Shown here in pieces: positions 13,174-27,304 of a stretch of 64,000 nt of DNA (its first letter is position 1; every line of letters begins with the position of its first letter). The DNA is from Eledone cirrhosa (lineage: Eukaryota). The stretch lies in NCBI GenBank assembly GCA_964016885.1, contig OZ024749.1:5704001-5768000 (forward strand), given 5' to 3'. The notes below the pieces were generated by a model. The model saw only the letters and a program-made list of their open reading frames with translations. It was not told the origin of the DNA and did no database searches. Made by a program: the position numbers and the translations under genes.

Positions 13174-13348
13174 AAGTATGACCCCGACGGCAGAGCTCAA
13201 GCCGTTTCGACGGCTATTTTTGGACTGAAATAACCGTCGAAACGGCTTGAGCTCTGCCGTCGGGGTCATACTTTTTCCTATTTCCCACTCTACTACACTG
13301 AGTATTGAGTACTCTGGTGCGTTATGGTCCATATGGCTCTTTACCACA
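13170..13348. mobile_element. Short (TA)n-embedded element with ~110-nt terminal palindrome (PLE pLTR-like, family P)
   Basis: Palindrome at 13170-13277 contains GAAAC-GGC..GCC-GTC. Homologs at 14893-15088, 17720-17912 and a partial copy at 14783-14870. Confidence 0.7.
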
Positions 13349-13432
13349 ATACTGGAAGGTAATATCCGTAGTGGTAGAGCACTCAGTCCATGGGACGAGT
13401 TAGGTAGAAGAGGTTACACATAACCATGCCCA

Positions 13433-13477
13433 ATACGTGCTGAGGATCCGATAAGGTGAAACAATTGTTCTCGGTAT
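13433..13477 (+). ncRNA. Degenerate minimal hammerhead ribozyme
   Basis: atacgtg CTGAGGA tcc gataa ggt GAAAC AATT GTT ctcggtat; stems are imperfect. Confidence 0.4.
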
Positions 13478-13502
13478 GGTGAACTAACTGTTGTGAAACC
13501 AC

Positions 13503-13559
<57 letters not shown>

Positions 13560-13758
13560 TATGAATAAATGTAAATATTTATATATATATATGTATATAT
13601 TTACATATATATTTATGTATATTAATATGTATATATCTATATATATATATTATATATTTACACACACACACATTATATATATATATATAGAGAGAGAGAG
13701 AGACAGAGAGAGAGATTAATATATACCTATATTAATATATTTTATATATATATATATA

Positions 13759-13834
<76 letters not shown>

Positions 13835-13857
13835 TTAATATATACATATATTAATAT

Positions 13858-13952
<95 letters not shown>

Positions 13953-13980
13953 GAGAGATTAATATATACATATATTAATA

Positions 13981-14032
<52 letters not shown>

Positions 14033-14220
14033 CGCATTGCAATTATACAAATATACAGATCAAATAGATGCACACAAATAGATCAGAAATGATGTTGTAC
14101 ACATCAAGAACGAATTATAATAAGTTAATAACCACAGCAGATTGAAAGTAAACACTCGTATACATAAATACACACCTATATATATATATATATACGTGAT
14201 ATATAATATATATATACGTG

Positions 14221-14260
<40 letters not shown>

Positions 14261-14313
14261 GATTTATATATAATGTATATAATATATATATATATCATAT
14301 ATAATGAATCTAG

Positions 14314-14364
<51 letters not shown>

Positions 14365-14479
14365 ATATATACATACACGCGTATATACATAAAATATAAT
14401 CTATATATACACACATGTATAACGTATGAAACCATGGAAAAATGGACATAAAACGATGATTCGATATATACATAAACAT

Positions 14480-14652
<173 letters not shown>

Positions 14653-14892
14653 CATCGTTTTATGTCCATTTTTCCATGGTTTCATGTAAGTCCATTATTT
14701 TGAATGATGAACGACGATATCAATAGGTCTGAAGAGTGCTCGACTCTTCTGACCCCCTCCTCTCTCTCTCTCTCTCTCTCTATAGGAACGAGTAGAACCC
14801 CGACGACTGAGCTCAAGCCGTTTCGACGTCTAATTCTGGACTAAAATTCCTTACCACATTTCCTTCGTTATATATATATATATATATATATA

Positions 14893-15192
<300 letters not shown>

Positions 15193-15326
15193 TTGTTGGT
15201 CAGTTCGTAAGGAATCTATGAATAAATTTTACCTACTCTGTTTCTAACACTGTGCTTTAAGTACTGACTCCTGCCCTATCTCTCTCTTTCATCATATGAT
15301 TTACAATATATATATATATATATATT

Positions 15327-15382
<56 letters not shown>

Positions 15383-15861
15383 CATACATATATATATATA
15401 TACACACACACACATATATATATATATATATGTATATATAAACATACACCTATATAAACATGCACATATATATACATAAATAATTATATATGTATATATA
15501 TACACATGTACATGTATACATATATTTGAATGTAGCTGGAGTCGAATATCTGAAGCCAGTTAATGAATTTTGTGTGTGTGTGTGTGTATGAGTGTTTGTG
15601 TGTATGTGCGTATATGTATGTGCGTGATGGTCATTTTGTAAAGGCAGGAATAAATAACATGAATTATGTTTTTAATATTAACTTCTCTGGATTTCTTTGA
15701 TGTTAATATCTTTCTTTTACACACGTACACACACACACTCTCTCTCACACACACACACACATACATAGGGCCTCACTTATGAAACACCAAAGCCGCTATG
15801 AACCATAACCTCTAGCGAGGTCAGCTTGACCTCAGTATAAAATTTATATTAAGGTCATTCA

Positions 15862-15950
15862 GGTTTAATGCTCATTTCGCAATTGATCAGCTCAAGCTTC
15901 GATCTCTATCGAACGGGCCCGTCTCTGGAATCAAATGCTCATCAGACTTC
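15862..15950 (-). ncRNA. Hammerhead-like motif with long stem II (family L), PLE pLTR
   Basis: Minus strand reads CTGATGA gcatttgatt...gatcaattgc GAAA tgagcatt; stem I is poor. Homologs at 54500-54592 and 57118-57206. Confidence 0.5.
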
Positions 15951-16014
15951 CGTCAGCTTATTAACGGAATTTTTCGCGTACATTTTCGTTCAAAAATACT
16001 TCATGTTACAATCC

Positions 16015-16072
<58 letters not shown>

Positions 16073-16199
16073 ACCTGTTATTTTTATCTAAAGACATGTT
16101 TTCCAATTCCATCACACCCTTCCCCTCAATCTATCTTATTTCTCAACACCTGATACACATCTGCTTTCTTCAGCAGGTATTTAGACGATATTCTTATCT

Positions 16200-16960
16200 T
16201 CATGTTCTCCCGTGAAGAGGTCAAGATATATACGGTTTTAGCGAAGAACGCCGGATCCTTGCCCCTACTCGACTTCCAACTGAGAGTTGCGGAATGGGGG
16301 GGGGGGGGTCTCATTCACACCAACTTCTACAGGATGGCCGCCTGCAGAGAACTGATTGTATATTATAAATCAGCCTTCCCACTCGATGCTAAAATCGGAT
16401 ACATGAGGAATGACCTCACATGTACCCGGAGCAAATGCAGCAAGGCGGAGGACCAAGCAAGCCAAGCACACTAGGAATACTTAAAGTAAATGGATACCCA
16501 ACATCGACCGTAAGTTGTCTTAGGTGCCTGAGACGCTGGTAGCATAGAACCTCCTCCGACACCTGCTTCCTGAAACTATCACACTTTAGTGAAACTATAA
16601 CCACGGTGATCTGCAAAAAAGTCCGCAAAGAGGGATTAGACAGGCGTTTAGCCCAATCCGGCCCTGCACTACGAAATCATCTATAAAAAAGTGACCCTGA
16701 AACAACACACATTGCATGCTGGCAAACTGCTCCATTCGTGACACAGGTATGTGCCAACGAACATATGTAGTTTAAGGCATTCAATGCAACAAATGCAAGG
16801 ACTTTTACTTCGGTAGTACCGTTAGACTTTTCTATATCCTCATTAAAGTACAACTCAATACACGCGCATCCTCCTTCAGAAAACACTTAAACATAACAGT
16901 TGCACTTGAAACTAGAGAGAGAAACGTAGGCAACCTTAGAATCAAAGAAGGAATACTAAT
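16200..16960 (+). pseudogene. Degraded Penelope-like element, RT C-terminal region
   Basis: NAGSLPLLD...TNFYRM...YYKSAFPLDAKIGYMRN..TRSKCS resembles the PLE motif LPFLD...T..YRK......SxHP..K.G......R...CS. Stops and frameshifts follow. Confidence 0.6.
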
Positions 16961-17719
16961 AACTAGATAAAACCCATAAATAAACAACAGATTAGAACTC
17001 AGCACACACACTTGCCTTCTGACATAATAAAGAACTCACGCATTAAAGCTAACTCTAAAGACAATTACAACTATACACACAACATTTGACAGATACACGC
17101 ACGCATACACTAGTTCAAACACATTACTCAATCCGGAATAGCTAAACTATCCAATCTACTGCAACTTGTAACAACATTCTCGTAAAATCATAAACAAAGG
17201 CACACAACGTTTGACAGGAACACGCACACACGACATAATACACGTCAGTCAGCAGACGACATCACTTCCGACAGCTTACAAACAATGGAAGACAAATTAC
17301 GAACCGTTAACAATAATAATACACAAACTCCGACTCAGTTTTAGACCGAAAATATTGAGACAGATAAATAAAATAACAGGTGACATATCAACATTTCGAT
17401 TGCCTTCAATATATTCCGAAATCAACTGTTCATTTGTATTGCTGTAGCAATACTTTATACACTACTTTATACACTACTTTATACACTAACACAATACTCC
17501 AAGGAAGCCACAACACCCATATATATATATAACCTTTCTGTATCTTTCGTTGTTGTTGTTGTTATATATGGCCAGAGTCTTCCGTCGGGTTTCTTGGTGT
17601 CACACTTTATAACTGTTGAGTTTACTCTGGACCTTAATGTCTTTTTAACTCTTCGCTCGATTGAGTATTTTGGGATTGCCTCAAACAAATCGAATTGTAT
17701 TTGCTTATATATATATATA

Positions 17720-17913
17720 TAACGAAGGAGTTGTGGTAAGAAACCAGATGGACCATAACGCACCAGAGTACTCAATACTTAGGGTAGTATAGTGGGTAAT
17801 AGGAAAATGTATGACCCCGACGGCAGAGCTCAAGCCGTTTCGACGGCTATTTCAGGACTGAAATAGCCGTCAAAACGGCTTGAGCTCTGCCGTCGGGGTC
17901 ATACATTTTCCTA
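17720..17913. mobile_element. Family P palindromic element (opposite orientation)
   Basis: Palindrome at 17800-17913; (TA)n on both sides. Confidence 0.7.
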
Positions 17914-18051
17914 TATATATATATATATATATTAGAAATATAAGATATCGCCGAATTTTGACTAAAGAAATTAAAGAAATTATTTAGCCTGATAGTGGGG
18001 TTAAGAACCCTCGGAGAAATGTAAAAAGATGAGTATTGACGTATTCTTACT

Positions 18052-18115
<64 letters not shown>

Positions 18116-18117
<2 letters not shown>

Positions 18118-18690
18118 TGGCTGCCATCTCGTTTTCGAGTACAGCCACTACTTTATATCCATGTAGGAGAACCCCTACCGATGCGCTGAACGAGAGTGAA
18201 TTTTTAGTCCAGCCAGTGACTTGAACACTCTGGTACAAACACTACACTTGTGACAATTATTGACACATAGTGCTGGTCCCATGTGACGACAAGTGCAGAG
18301 AGATCTCCAGATATAAAGCAATGCCTGTGCCGTGAAGCTTTTATAGTGAGCAAAGGCACTGCACAAAGCCAGTCCCACTCTCTTGACCAAGATGATATTT
18401 ACCAAAAAGAAGAACAAGTCAACATCATTGGATACCATCAAGGTTGCAGGTGTTATATCAGAGTTTTCCTTCTAGAATTCTGCCTTGACAAAGGCTAAGA
18501 GGTCATCTCTCCCGGTGATTTTGGATGGCCATTGACTCTCAAGAGCTCCTTTGCCCTTTGACAGGTTTTGTTTTTAGTCCTGCAGGATGTCCAATGTCAC
18601 CCTCCTCACCAAGAAACCTTGGTGGGGTTGCCAGTTTAGTCGCCAACGACCCGACCATGGGACAGCTTGTACTGGGATACATGTTACCAG
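18116..18690 (-). mobile_element. Bipartite non-autonomous RTE-derived element
   Basis: Near-identical to 5541-6121; 3' end abuts (TA)n. Confidence 0.75.
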
Positions 18691-18983
18691 TATATACACA
18701 ATCAACAAAGCAAATGAACAATAATAATATAAATTAATCCGATCTTTCCCTGATTTAGTTTCAGTCATTTGACTGTTCTTCAATCATTTGACTGTTCTTC
18801 AGTCATTTGACTGTTCTTCAATCATTTGACTGGTCTTCAGTCATGAAGGGTCAACATCTGAAAGATGTTTGCCGATCACATTGATGTAAATGTTATCGAT
18901 CTCTATTTGCCGAAATATTATGTTACAGAACAAAAGCGCGTACACACTCACACGTACACACACACTCATACAGACATACACAG

Positions 18984-19238
18984 CAGGGGCGGTGGAACTG
19001 AGGGACAGGGGGCCATACCCCGCCCCCGCCCTAATTATACCCCCCCCCCCCACAAAAAAAAAAACTCCCAAAACACATATATTAGTATATGCGCTACAAT
19101 TCATGTAAAGTTTATCGGATATCGAAGTTATTTTTTTTATAGTTTGTTTGATATTTGATAAAAGCTAAACTAATCACTACAACTAAACTGACCAAATCTG
19201 TCCCCACCCCAAATTCAGAAATGCTTCCACCACCACTT
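18984..19238. mobile_element. Possible small MITE
   Basis: Imperfect TIRs CAGGGGCGGTGGAA / TTCCACCACCACTT. Confidence 0.3.
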
Positions 19239-19339
19239 CAAGTACACACAAAAACAAATGAACACACACACGAGCGCAAGGAATATTAACATGTACCCAG
19301 TAATATATTTACACAGTGCGGCAATTATTATTTTCCATA

Positions 19340-19522
19340 GATTGTCAGTATCGGTTGAGGGTCAGACGACATGCTTTGACGCATAGAGTTACGGCCCTTT
19401 ATGATATGAGTTCAAATCCCGGTGTGGTTAACTTTGCCTTTCATCCTTACGGGGTCGATAAAATAAAGTACCAGTAATGCACTGGGTAATTGCTGGCCTT
19501 GTGCCAAAACTAGAAACAATTA
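19340..19522 (+). mobile_element. SINE family A
   Basis: Matches the family consensus. Confidence 0.8.
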
Positions 19523-19599
19523 TTTTCCATGAAAACTTCGCCTTCCAACCATATGTCTAAGTCTAAAGTCAGTCATAAGCTATTTTAGATTCGTTAGAC

Positions 19600-19850
19600 C
19601 GGTGTTTATCTCGGTTTCATGGCGTGAAGTGACTGAGAGTACAAGACTTTCCCCTGGACAGGATGCCAGTCCATCACAGGGTTAAACCTGCAGCTATTGC
19701 TGGTACTCATTTTCAGCTGAGTATACTGGAGCAATGTTAAATGAAGTGTTTTGCTCAAGAACACAACACGTAATCCAGCCCAGGAATTGAAGCCCACGAC
19801 ATTATGATCATATGTCCAACACCCTTACCACTAGGCCACACGCCTCCACT
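19600..19850 (-). mobile_element. tRNA-derived SINE family B-related
   Basis: Minus strand: gaggcgtgtggcctagtggtaaggg head, then the tgtgttcttgagcaaaacacttc...cagctgaaaatgagtacc central domain. Confidence 0.7.
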
Positions 19851-20149
19851 TCAATCATATTGATTGATCAAATAAAGTACCAATCAAGTATCAAGATTGA
19901 TATAATCGAACGATGTATTGCCTTTGAGCCTATGTGAGAAATTAGTTCAAATCTTGCAGAGGTCAACTTTGACTGTTATCTTTCAGGCGTTGATAACATA
20001 GCATACCAGTGAAATACTGGAGTCGATATAAAATAAAGTACCAGTGAAATACTAAGGTCGATATAACAAACTCTTCAATCTCCCTCCCTCCTAACAAATC
20101 TTAGGTTTCGTGCCTCTCTATCTTAAAAAATCACTGTAAGTATAACTAT

Positions 20150-20917
20150 TTCCCGCCGAGGTTGACTTTCCTTTCATCCTTACGGGGTCGATAAAATAAG
20201 GTACCAGTAATGTACTGGGTTTTTTCTGGCCTTGTGCCAATAGAAACAATTATATATTGTCTTACTACCATTATGATTGGCAGTATCGGTAGAGGGGGGG
20301 ACGATATACATTGCAGCATAGAGTTACGGCTCTTTACCGTCTGAGTTCAAATCCCGCTGAGGTTAATTTTGCCTTTCATCCTCATGGGGTCGATAAAATA
20401 GTACCAGTAATGCACTGGTGTTAATTCTAAAGTACCAGTAATGCAGTGGGATAATTGCTGGTCTTGTGTCAAAAGTAGAAACAATTATATGTTACTAGGA
20501 CGGTGGATTGGCAGAATCGGTAGAGCGTCGGACTCAATGCTTAGTGCCATAGAGTTACCGCTCTTTACGTTTTCAGTTTAAATCCCGCCGAGGTTAGCTT
20601 TTCCTTTCGTCCTTACAGGACAATAAAATAAAGCACCAGTAATGAACTAGGGGTCGATTTAATTGACTTTCCCATCCCCCAAATTGCTGGCCCCACCACT
20701 AAATCCGGAGCCATTATATATTATGTCAAGGGAGGTGGATTGGCAGTATCGGTAGAGGGTCGGACGCCATGCTTTGCAGCATAGTTACGTCCCTTTACGG
20801 ACTGAGTTCAAATCCCGCCGAGGTTAACTTTGCCTTTCATCCTTACGGGGTCGATAAAATAAAGTACCAGTAATGCACTGGGTTTTGCTGGCCTTGTGCC
20901 TAAAGTAGAAACAGTTA
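20150..20917 (+). mobile_element. Head-to-tail chain of 4 SINE family A copies
   Basis: Copies at ~20150-20250, 20275-20490, 20499-20715 and 20730-20917. Confidence 0.85.
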
Positions 20918-21230
20918 TATATTATGTCATTTTCTTCAGTTCAAATATGTAGATGAATATATGTGATAGCTGCCATGAACTAACAGAACCAATATGGCGG
21001 CGTGTGCTGAACTATACAGTGTAAATTTGAAGAAGTCAAATGTTAATTTTACAATACATTGGTTCACCTATGATCATGGATTCCATTATATTTTATACAC
21101 ACATATACTCTCACACATGTATATATATATATATATACATAAACACATATACATATGTATATAAACACATATTCATATATACATAAACACATATTCATAC
21201 ATATATATATAATATGTATGTAAACACATA

Positions 21231-21323
<93 letters not shown>

Positions 21324-21378
21324 ACACACATACATATATACACACATATATATACACACACATACATGCATACACATA

Positions 21379-21474
<96 letters not shown>

Positions 21475-21523
21475 AACGCATATATTCAAAACATTTATAT
21501 ATATATATAAACGCATATAGTCA

Positions 21524-21583
<60 letters not shown>

Positions 21584-21806
21584 CAATATCATTCGACGTC
21601 GGTTTTCGTTCCTATTTAATAATACATTAGAATTATATAACCAGGGAAATTATATGGAAATTTATACTGTTTACATAAACTTGTTAACTTCAACATAACA
21701 CTCCTTGTGTTAGATATACATACATACATATATATATATATGTATATATAATATGTACATGGTTTCGTGTGTGCATGCCTGTATATACATATACAAACAC
21801 ACACAC

Positions 21807-21871
<65 letters not shown>

Positions 21872-22161
21872 CATTCATAAATGTATATATATTTATATAT
21901 ATATATACATATATTAATATATATGTGTATATATGTACACTCATGTATATATCATATACATACATTATATATATACATATATATATGTATATATACATAT
22001 AAAGGTATACACACGAATACGTGTATATATTTCATATACATTATATATATACATATATATAATATTTATACATATATTATTTATACATATATAATATTTA
22101 TACATACATTATATATACATATATATATATATTTATATATATATATGTATATGTATGTATG

Positions 22162-22196
<35 letters not shown>

Positions 22197-22213
22197 TTAT
22201 ATGTATATGTATG

Positions 22214-22272
<59 letters not shown>

Positions 22273-22796
22273 GCATACACACACGATCACACAAGTGTAA
22301 TATATATTTACGAAAGTTTATACATTCCATATCTCCTCCCAGCCTTGTTTTCATGTAATCATCTCTAACCCTTCGTTTATCCTATCAGTCATTTATCGAC
22401 TGCTATCTCTTTCTCTTTCATATCACCCAATAATTTCACAATCTTTTGGTCCGATGCTCTCCTACTTTACAGTGAACGCTCTCTCCATTGATATGTTACC
22501 CCTTTTTTAAAAATCTCATTTCACCCCCGCTTTCTCAATACATTGCAACATATTCTTTACTTGTCATTTAAACAACTTATACATCAAATATTTTTCATAA
22601 AAAAAGACATTGCAACATATTCTTTACTTGTCATTTAAACAACTTATACATCAAATATGTTTCATAAAAAAGACAGCATATGTATGTATGTATGTATGTA
22701 TGTTTGTATATATGTATGTAAGTATGATATAGATTTGTATGTATGTATGTATGTAAATATGAATGTATGTTTCTATATATGTATGTTTGTATGTAT

Positions 22797-25700
22797 GTTC
22801 TTCTGGTTTTATAAGAGAGTCGGTGTCTAACATAGACACAAGACTCTCTCATTGGAATTTACACAACATCAACTATGTAGATATGTATGTATGCATGCAT
22901 GTGTAGATATGGATGTTATTGTATGTGTGGATGTGTATGTTTTGAGTTGTATGTGTGCATGTGTATATGCAGTTATTAGATGCAACATTTTTGGAATGTT
23001 TTACATATTTTTACTGTTCCATTAATGGATTGTACTTGTAATGTCCTAACTAGTTGTGTGTGAAGCCTAGCTTCTCATGATTTGTATTGCGTCAGTTACT
23101 TACATATCCCAGTGCCCCAATAATCTCAGGCATAAATCTGAAGGTGTAATGAGGGTGCAGTATCTGCAGATTTCTCATCAATTCTGCATAAATATTCTCC
23201 TTTTCACTAAGCTTTGATATTATATTGGCATCTGCTGGGCAGCTAATTTCCACTACTGTGTATGTTTTCTTCTCCCTGTCCCATATCATAATATCTGGTC
23301 TGTTATGTCTGCATTTTATTGGGGTTTTTACTGGAACATTCCACCAGTACTCTTTCATATTATGTACATGGATGTCTTCCACATTGCTGTAGCTTTTAAT
23401 GTGTTTATTATCGGGGATATCTTTTTTACGAACTGCATTGTACAGTGATTTGGCGACTACATCATGCCTCATAGGTAGATAGTACGGCGATGACATCTTT
23501 GGACAGCTTCTGATGACATGGGTGATATCCTCAATGTTAGTTCTGCAGAGTCTGCACTTGTTATCACATCTAGGTGTTTTGCCTGCATCCCTATCTCTTT
23601 TGTGAATCAGGTATTTTGTGCTAATCTCCTGTTCCTGGATTGCAAAAACGTATCCTTCAAAGTGGGAGCCAATATAGCGGTTATTGGTCCAAGATAGACT
23701 ACTTTCCTTATCTATATTACTCTCACTCTGGAGCCTCCTGGCAACATATCCATGCATGATTTTTTGCTGATAGGCATGCAGTTTTTCATCCATGGATTCA
23801 CTGCGATACTGCTGAGCGACATCCCTGGGTGTGAGTTTTTGATTATCACACAGGGAATATCTCTTAAGGAGTTCCAAGGTCAACTGCTCGGATTTCGTCT
23901 ATCGTCCAATTGAGTATTCCAAACGTTGGTGTTAGGACAGGCACAACAAACACATTGTGAGCCACTGTTTTGTTTTGCGCAGAGAGTTCCGATGACCAGA
24001 TCTTTCTTAATCGGGGGTAGTATTCCCTGGTTACGCGTTCTTTATTACAGATACCATTATAGGATATGTTCTCATCTATCCCCAGGTATCTGTAGCAGTC
24101 CTCATCAGATATCGGTGAAACAGTTAGGCCATTAATGACAATGTTGCTAGATTGGGTTGTTGTTTTTTCCCGCTTTACAGTAATGCATGAGCATTTATCT
24201 TGGCCAAACTCCATTCCTATATCCTTTGAGAACGTTGTAACCAGGTTAACATTTTTCTTCATCCCATCCATGTTCTTGGCATAGAGTTTCAGATAGTCCA
24301 CAAAACAATTATGGGTTAGGTTCGTATTTCTGTCCTCCTGTGAGCCAATGATGTATCCCTCACATTTCTTGAGCAGAAAGGACAAGGGGTTTAATAACAA
24401 GATGAATAATATCACAGACAGACTGTCCCCCTGAAATATACCCCTGCAATATTTAAATTTTATCAGTGAAAATAGAGTCCTCCCTCTCTGTCTTTAACCT
24501 TAGGATAATAGCCCAAGAAGAAGACAGCCTCTCTATGGCTCTGACAATAATGTCTGGGACTTTAGCAAGTGGGGAACAGAATCGAAAGCTTTCCTGTAGT
24601 CCAGCCAAACTGTAGCCATATTCCTCCTAAGTTGTCGCACCTCCGACATCGCAGTTTTGTTGATTAGGAGTTGTTCAGCACATCCCCAAACCCCTTTCTT
24701 TCCAGCTGCTTGTTTATCTGTGATGATGTTATTATTTTCACAGTGATCTTGGAGGAATAGGTTCAAGCAGGCTGTATACATCTTATACATCAGGTTCTGG
24801 CATGCAATGGGTCGGTAGTTTTTTGCCAAGTGGGTATCTTTGTTCTTAGGGACCAGTAACGTTTGTGCTAATGTCAACCATTCTGGTATAAGTGTATCTC
24901 CCTTAATAATTTGTTGGTAGAGGTCAGTAAGATACCTCTGATAGAATATCAGTTTTTTTGTACCAGTAGCCGACAATCATGTTTCTTCCTGGTGTTTTCT
25001 TATCTTGGAGTTTTCCTATCACAGTCTCAAGGGTACACTCACTTATTTCGTATGTTTTTTGTTGTAGTGTAGGAGCAATAGTTCTTTCAGATTTCTCTTA
25101 GCCACACTGCATCTTGGTTGAAATTCTTCTTTTCACCCCATATTTTTCTCCAAAAGGAATCTATGTCTTTCTGGGATGGGGTCTCAGTGACACTTATTAT
25201 TTTGCCCTTCATATCTCTATAGACTGATGTTTGGTTACGTCTGAATCTTTTATTAAGCACTTTTCTCTCATCTACCTTCTTCAGGTATCGGCGAGTTTCG
25301 CTAACAGCTCTCAATTCTTGTTTGAGGGTAATCAGCTAATATTGGAGAGTTCTGGTTCTACTGTTAGCAAACATCTATTATATTTTTCACTCTTTGTTGG
25401 TGAGGTTGAGGTTTTTTTGTGTTTGTTTGCATGTAAGGAGCATTGTCACATGTCCTATGTTTTTTCGTAGGTCAGGAATCTTTTTTTTCTATTTTAGTTA
25501 TATATGATGGTATTTTTGGTGGTGTTTTGTTCTTGTTAATATATCTGCTATCACCAAGATAATGCTTCACTGTCGTTGCTAGGGCATATAAACAGGCGTT
25601 GATTTGCCAAAATGTTGGGGTTTTAATCCGTCGTAAATATTCAACCCTCATTTTGTCAATAACACGTAGTATTCCATTATTTGGTTTTTTATTCAACATT

Positions 25701-26350
25701 GTCGTTTTAACACGTTCAGCAAGAGAGATATTTATACATGAGTTAATTTCTCTCTGGAAGATTTCGTTGAGGGAAATTTTCAATTGTTTATACTTTTGAT
25801 TATCATTATCGATAGTATTTTCCACAACAGTCGAGGTAGACTCGGATGGTATACGTGGTGTCACATTTATTCGATTATTATTATTATCAATAGTGTTTTC
25901 CCCAGCATTCGAGGTAGACTTAGATGGTACAGGTGGTGTCAAGTTTCTTACAGGCATAGTTGTTTCAAGGCGCTGTTCGACCTGGCTGATAGGAAGTCTA
26001 GTAGCATGGCGACCTGTAGCACGTGTTGTTGATAACATGTTTGTTGTTGGGGAATTACAATTAATAATATTTATCTTATGTTTACGTTCAACAAACGTCG
26101 CTTGTTGGCGTAATTGTTCCGCTGTGAAATAATTTAGCTCTGGGTTCATTTCGCCCCAGTGTAGCTTCATTCTATTCATATAGCCAATGGAGGGATTGTT
26201 TTTTGCCATTTTATAACAATTAAATAAATCATTATTAAGTTCGCAACTCCAAGAGAAATGCGATTTATAATTTCGGTTTCTTCTGTAGCTACAACTGAAT
26301 AAAGTTTGATTACCTTCTTTGTTATTTGTCTTCGGTACTTCCTTAATTTT
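22797..26350 (-). mobile_element. R4/Dong-clade RLE non-LTR retrotransposon, near full length, frameshifted (RT + CCHC + PD-(D/E)xK endonuclease)
   Basis: RT motifs in the ORF fragments: NYRPIAC, WLDYRKAFDSVPH, RGIFQGDSLS (~24415-24445), FVDYLKLY, YRYLG. C-terminal motifs: CRLC..EDITHV..SC, RHD, RPDIMIWD..VVEISCP, IIGALG. 3' UTR is 22797-23050 and (CATA)n flanks both ends. Confidence 0.88.
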
Positions 26351-26411
26351 TTTTTTTTTTGTATGTATGTATGGATGGATATAGATACGTATGTATGTAT
26401 GTGTGTATGTA

Positions 26412-27014
26412 AACTTGGTGGGGTTGCCGGTTTAGTCGCAGGCAACCCGACCATGCGATAGGTTGTACTGGGTTACATGTTACCAGTAGCACTCAAGAGT
26501 GAGGAGGGTGATTTTGGACACCCTGCAGGACAAAAACAAAACCTGACAAAGGGCGGAAGAACTCATAAGAGGTAACGGCCATCCAAAAGTGTGTAAATAT
26601 ATACATGTACATATATATGTAAATATACACATGTACATATATATGTATATGTGTATAAACATGGGTGCATGTGTATGTATATGCGCGGGGACATAGAAAT
26701 AGTCGGGCTTGACACCCGATCGCGCTGGAGACCCCTAGCCTTTGTCACGGCATTCTTCTAGGAGAAGGCAACTCAAGAAACTGGGATAACTCCAATATAA
26801 AACCTGCGGCTCAGTAGTTACCGATGATGATCTTTTCCTCTTTTCCGGTTATAGCTACTGTCGCTCAGAGAGTGGGATTGGCTCAGTGCACAGTTTTTCC
26901 TCACTATAAAAAAATATCTTCACGCACAGGCATTGCACAATAGAATTAATTAATAATTATTAATAATGGTATGTCGTGCAATGGCCATACTCGATAACGA
27001 GGGGGCAGTCATCA
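26412..27014 (+). mobile_element. Divergent subfamily of the bipartite RTE derivative, with a 5' inversion
   Basis: 26412-26491 is the inverted 5' tip and 26497-27014 is co-linear (ctaggagaagg, gagagtggga, tactcgataacgag..ggcagtcatc). A microsatellite interrupts at ~26588-26683. Confidence 0.65.
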
Positions 27015-27021
27015 TGTATGT

Positions 27022-27275
27022 ATGTTCTTCTGGTTTTATAATTTCACAAATTTTACCATTAGAGAGAGAGTCGGTTTCTAACATAGTAACAAGACTTTCT
27101 CATTGGAATTTGCACAACATCAACTAGGTAGATATGTATGCATGTCTGCATGCATGCTTGTGTAGATATGGATGTATATTGTATGTGTGGATGTGTATGT
27201 TTTGAGTTTTATGTGTCCATGTGCATATGCTTTGTATCTGTATAGGTGTATATGCAGTTATTAGATACAAAATGT
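27022..27275 (-). mobile_element. 3' UTR copy of the R4-like element
   Basis: Homologous to 22797-22990; abuts (TATG)n. Confidence 0.75.
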
Positions 27276-27304
27276 TGTATGTATATATGTATGTATGTAT
27301 CTAT

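Noticed and set aside
14725-14755. Hammerhead at ggtctgaagagtgctcgactcttctgacc
   Set aside because: CTGAAGA is present but there is no GAAA or stem III; it is only a simple hairpin.
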